From Beijerinckiaceae bacterium (GTDB lineage: Bacteria; Pseudomonadota; Alphaproteobacteria; Rhizobiales; Beijerinckiaceae): a DNA stretch of 64,000 bases. The stretch covers positions 11,102 to 75,101 of the forward strand of contig JAJPIC010000015.1 of NCBI GenBank assembly GCA_021324915.1. Direction: 5' to 3'. A model generated the notes under the pieces. It was not told the origin of the DNA and did not search any database. It was given only the letters and a program-made list of their open reading frames with translations. The position numbers and the translations under genes were made by a program. This document shows positions 60,605 through 64,000 of the stretch, piece after piece. Within the stretch, counting starts at the first letter, position 1; every line of letters begins with the position of its first letter.

Positions 60605-63600
60605 ATGGCGGAACATCCCAATTCAGGCGAGCAATCCGCACAGCCTAGCCCAAAGCCTGTGGTCGTGGGTATCGGCGCATCGGCTGGCGGCGTTCAAGCC
60701 CTGCAGACCTTTTTCGAGGCCCTGCCTTCCGATACGGGTGCGGCCTTTGTGGTCGTCGTGCATCTCGATCCGAGAAGCCACAGCGATCTCGCCAACATAC
60801 TCGCCACCCGCACGTCCATGGGCGTCGCGCAGGTCGCGCAGGCGAAGCAGCTCCTGCCAAACCACGTCTATGTCATCCCGCCGGATCGGCGACTGCGCAT
60901 CACCGACGACGAAATCGAAACCGCCGAATTCAGCGAGCCGCGCGGGCAGCGTGCACCGATCGATCTCTTCTTTCGCTCGCTCGCGGAACAACACGGCGAC
61001 GGATTTGCCGTAATTCTCACCGGCGCGGGCTCCGACGGAGCCGTCGGCGTCCGGGCAGTGAAAGAAGCCGGCGGCATTATCCTCGTGCAGGATCCGGGCG
61101 AGGCCGAATATCCCTCGATGCCGCGGAGCGCGATAGCGACGGGAATTGCCGATTTCGTCCTGCCGGTGCGAGAAATGGCCGGCCGGCTCGCCGAAATGAT
61201 CCGCGACAAGAGCGCGGCCCAGGCAGGCGAAGCCCCCCATTTCGACGAAGAACTCTTACGGCGAATTCTCGCCCACGTGCGCGTCCGCACGGGCCATGAT
61301 TTTTCGAAATATAAGCGCGCGACCGTGCTGCGGCGCATCGCGCGGCGCATGCAGGTGGTGCGCGCCGACGATGGAATACAATATTACGAATATCTGCGCG
61401 ACAATCAGGAGGAAGCGCAGGCGCTCCTTTCCGATCTGCTCATTTCCGTCACGACGTTCTTTCGCGACAGCGAGGCATTCGAAGCGCTCAAACGGCAGGT
61501 CCTGCCTCAACTTTTCATGAAGCAGAACAGCGAATCCATTCGCGTCTGGGTGCCGGGTTGCGCCACGGGCGAAGAGGCCTACACGATCTCCATCCTTCTC
61601 TTGGAAGAGGGGGCGCGCCATGGCATTCGCCCGCCGATTCAAGTCTTCGCCTCGGATCTCGACATGCGCGCACTGGCGATCGCCCGCGAAGGGCGCTATC
61701 CCGCCGCGATCGAGGCCGACGTCAGCGAGGAACGCCTGCGCCGCTATTTCTCCCGGGAGGGAGACGATTATCGAGTAAGACAGGAATTGCGCGATATCGT
61801 GCTCTTCGCCAACCACAGTCTTTTGAAGGATCCGCCGTTTTCGCGGATCGATCTCATCTCCTGCCGTAATCTTCTCATCTATCTTGACCGCGAGCTGCAG
61901 CAGCTGGCATGCAGCACGTTTCAATATGCTCTCAATCCGGAAGGATATTTGTTTCTCGGCGCTTCCGAGACCGCAGATAATCCGCCGGGCCTTTTCCGCA
62001 CGCTCGACCGCAAGGCGCGCATCTATCAGTCGACCTCCCGTCCTGGCGACAAGCCGCGCGTTCTGCCGCGCCTTCTCGGCCACCTCACCATAGCGCGCGA
62101 GCAAGGCGCTTTTCCGGGGCGCTCCGCCACGCCGGGCAGCGCGCTCAGCGAAGCCGCCGCGCACCGTCAGGCGATCGAATATCTGGCGCCCCCGAGCATA
62201 CTCGTCGATCAGGCGCACAGGGTTTTGCATCTGTCCGAAAACGCCGGCCGCTACCTGCAGCCGGGCGGCGGCCCCTTGAGCGGCGATGTGGCCGATCTCG
62301 CTCGGCCGGAATTGAGATTCGAATTGCGTTCGGCTCTGCACCGCGTCTTCGAACGCTCGGAGACGACGCTCACCCTGCCGGTGCTCGTGCGCTTCAACGG
62401 CGCGCCGCATCGCGTGCTCATCCAGATCAAGCCGGTCCCGGACGAACATGACGAGCACGCGCAAAACGCCGTCATCCTTTTCATCGAAGGCGAGCCCGTC
62501 GAACAGGCCGCGGCACAAGCGGGCGGCGCATCTCCCGACGCCTCGACGAGCGCCAATGACGTCGTGCGCCGGCTGACGGAAGAATTGCAACTCACGCAGG
62601 CGCGGCTGCGCACCACGCGCGAAGAATCGGATGCCGCCAACGAGGAACTGCGCGCCGCCAACGAAGAGCTGCAATCGATCAACGAGGAATATCGTTCGAC
62701 CTCGGAAGAGCTCGAAACGAGCAAAGAGGAACTGCAATCGATCAATGAAGAGCTGCAGACCGTCAACAGCGAACTCAAACTGAAGCTGGAAGCGGTCTCG
62801 CGCGCCCATAGCGATTTGCAGAACCTGATGGCCGCAACCGATTTCGGAACCTTGTTTCTGGACTCTGGCCTCAGGATCAAGCGCTTCACTCAGCCGGTCA
62901 CCGAGCTTTTCAGCATCACCCCGAATGACGAAGGCCGCCCGATCACCGATTTCGCCCATCGGCTGGAATATGACGAACTCACCCGGGATGCGCAGGCGAT
63001 TCTGACACACCTCGCGCCGGTCCGACGCGAAGTCCGATCTCGCAACGGGCGCTGGTACGACCTGCGCCTTCGCCCCTATCGCACGGTCGACGACAAGATC
63101 GACGGCGTCGTCATCACTTTCGTCGACATCACGGAACGCCGGCAAGTCGAACAGGCGCTGCGCGAGAACGAGCGGCTGCTGCTGCAGGAAAAGAGGCTCG
63201 TCGATCTTTCGCGCGATCCGATCTTCGTCTGGGATTTCGACGGCGGCATTCTCGATTGGAACAGAGGCTGCGAAGAACTCTACGGCTACAGCCGCGTCGA
63301 GGCGCTCGGGCGGCGGAAGGAGGAATTGTTGGGCACGACCGTGCCGGGTTCCTCCTTCGATGTGTTGCGGGCCAGACTCCTCGAATCCGGAAATTGGACC
63401 GGCGAGCTAAGGCAAAAGACCAAGGAAGGCCGCGAATTGATCGTCGAGAGCCGGATCACGCTCGAACATATCAACGGCCGGCGTCTGGCGCTCGAAGGCA
63501 CGCATGACATTACCGAGCGCAAGGCATGGGAAGAGCGCCAGCACTTGCTGCTGCGCGAGCTCACCCATCGAGTCAAAAACACGCTCACCGTGGTGCAATC

Positions 63601-64000
63601 GATCGCCCATCAGACCTTGCGGAATGCCGCGACGCCGGCCGATTTCGTCGAAAGATTTGACGGCCGGCTCACCGCGCTCGCCACAGCCCATGGCCTGCTT
63701 GTCGAATCGCAATGGCATGGCGCCGACTTCGCTGCGCTGGCCCAGCAGCAGCTTGAGCCCTACGTCACCGACGATCCGAACCGGTTGCAGATCGAGGGCG
63801 AGGCAGTGCTGCTGCCGGCCGAGCTCGCCACGCCATTCGGCCTCGTGCTCCATGAGCTTGCCACCAACGCTGCCAAATATGGGTCGCTGTCGCGGCCTGG
63901 CGGACAAGTCCATCTAAGTTGGTCAATGAACAAACGGAACGGCGAACGCATTCTCACCGTTGTCTGGCGCGAAGAGAAAGGCCCCGCAGTGCGAGTGCCC
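60605..64000 (+). CDS. CheB-CheR-coiled-coil-PAS-PAS-HWE histidine kinase fusion (3' truncated by window; absent from the ORF track)
   Basis: Frame open from ATG 60605 to the end at all positions checked: GIGASAGG (CheB), TGHDFSKYKRAT and GCATGEEAY, CRNLLIY (CheR), NEELQSINEE heptads, PAS, RELTHRVKN and HELATNAAKYG (HWE). Confidence 0.93.
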   Translation, partial: MAEHPNSGEQSAQPSPKPVVVGIGASAGGVQALQTFFEALPSDTGAAFVVVVHLDPRSHSDLANILATRTSMGVAQVAQAKQLLPNHVYVIPPDRRLRITDDEIETAEFSEPRGQRAPIDLFFRSLAEQHGDGFAVILTGAGSDGAVGVRAVKEAGGIILVQDPGEAEYPSMPRSAIATGIADFVLPVREMAGRLAEMIRDKSAAQAGEAPHFDEELLRRILAHVRVRTGHDFSKYKRATVLRRIARRMQVVRADDGIQYYEYLRDNQEEAQALLSDLLISVTTFFRDSEAFEALKRQVLPQLFMKQNSESIRVWVPGCATGEEAYTISILLLEEGARHGIRPPIQVFASDLDMRALAIAREGRYPAAIEADVSEERLRRYFSREGDDYRVRQELRDIVLFANHSLLKDPPFSRIDLISCRNLLIYLDRELQQLACSTFQYALNPEGYLFLGASETADNPPGLFRTLDRKARIYQSTSRPGDKPRVLPRLLGHLTIAREQGAFPGRSATPGSALSEAAAHRQAIEYLAPPSILVDQAHRVLHLSENAGRYLQPGGGPLSGDVADLARPELRFELRSALHRVFERSETTLTLPVLVRFNGAPHRVLIQIKPVPDEHDEHAQNAVILFIEGEPVEQAAAQAGGASPDASTSANDVVRRLTEELQLTQARLRTTREESDAANEELRAANEELQSINEEYRSTSEELETSKEELQSINEELQTVNSELKLKLEAVSRAHSDLQNLMAATDFGTLFLDSGLRIKRFTQPVTELFSITPNDEGRPITDFAHRLEYDELTRDAQAILTHLAPVRREVRSRNGRWYDLRLRPYRTVDDKIDGVVITFVDITERRQVEQALRENERLLLQEKRLVDLSRDPIFVWDFDGGILDWNRGCEELYGYSRVEALGRRKEELLGTTVPGSSFDVLRARLLESGNWTGELRQKTKEGRELIVESRITLEHINGRRLALEGTHDITERKAWEERQHLLLRELTHRVKNTLTVVQSIAHQTLRNAATPADFVERFDGRLTALATAHGLLVESQWHGADFAALAQQQLEPYVTDDPNRLQIEGEAVLLPAELATPFGLVLHELATNAAKYGSLSRPGGQVHLSWSMNKRNGERILTVVWREEKGPAVRVP

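Noticed and set aside
61256-63145. 629-aa minus-strand ORF
   Set aside because: Antisense shadow of the CheBR-HWE fusion, which the ORF track omitted because it lacks a stop inside the window.

Overview
High-GC alphaproteobacterial chromosome, inferred to be Hyphomicrobiales and probably Beijerinckiaceae-like; a methylotrophic lifestyle is only suggested, by an MxaB-like regulator and glycerate kinase. The backbone is housekeeping: argC, rpsI-rplM, ctaA, rpsB-tsf//pyrH-frr-uppS-cdsA-dxr-rseP-bamA-lpxD-fabZ, katA/oxyR, dnaE and metC. It is interspersed with redox and regulator accessory genes (about 13.9-23.5 kb), signalling genes and a CheB / CheBR-PAS-HWE kinase module that runs off the right edge. 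No rRNA, tRNA, transposase, integrase or CRISPR array was recognised. Five signals stand out. (1) An unannotated 31-aa single-pass membrane peptide (46952-47047, minus) lies directly upstream of dnaE, behind a near-consensus sigma70 promoter overlaid by a triple alphaproteobacterial LexA box; it is SidA-like. (2) A second LexA-box promoter (15674-15717) drives a secreted protein with two tandem TY-Chap-like domains. (3) An MxaB-like regulator, TonB receptor and phosphoesterase sit on the opposite strand between tsf and pyrH. (4) There is a 3x tandem array of a 114-bp double-hairpin element. (5) Two genes are broken by what looks like the same 2-nt GC deletion. Many start codons were corrected from the ORF track using RBS position and family N-termini. 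All family assignments come from recalled motifs; no database search was run.
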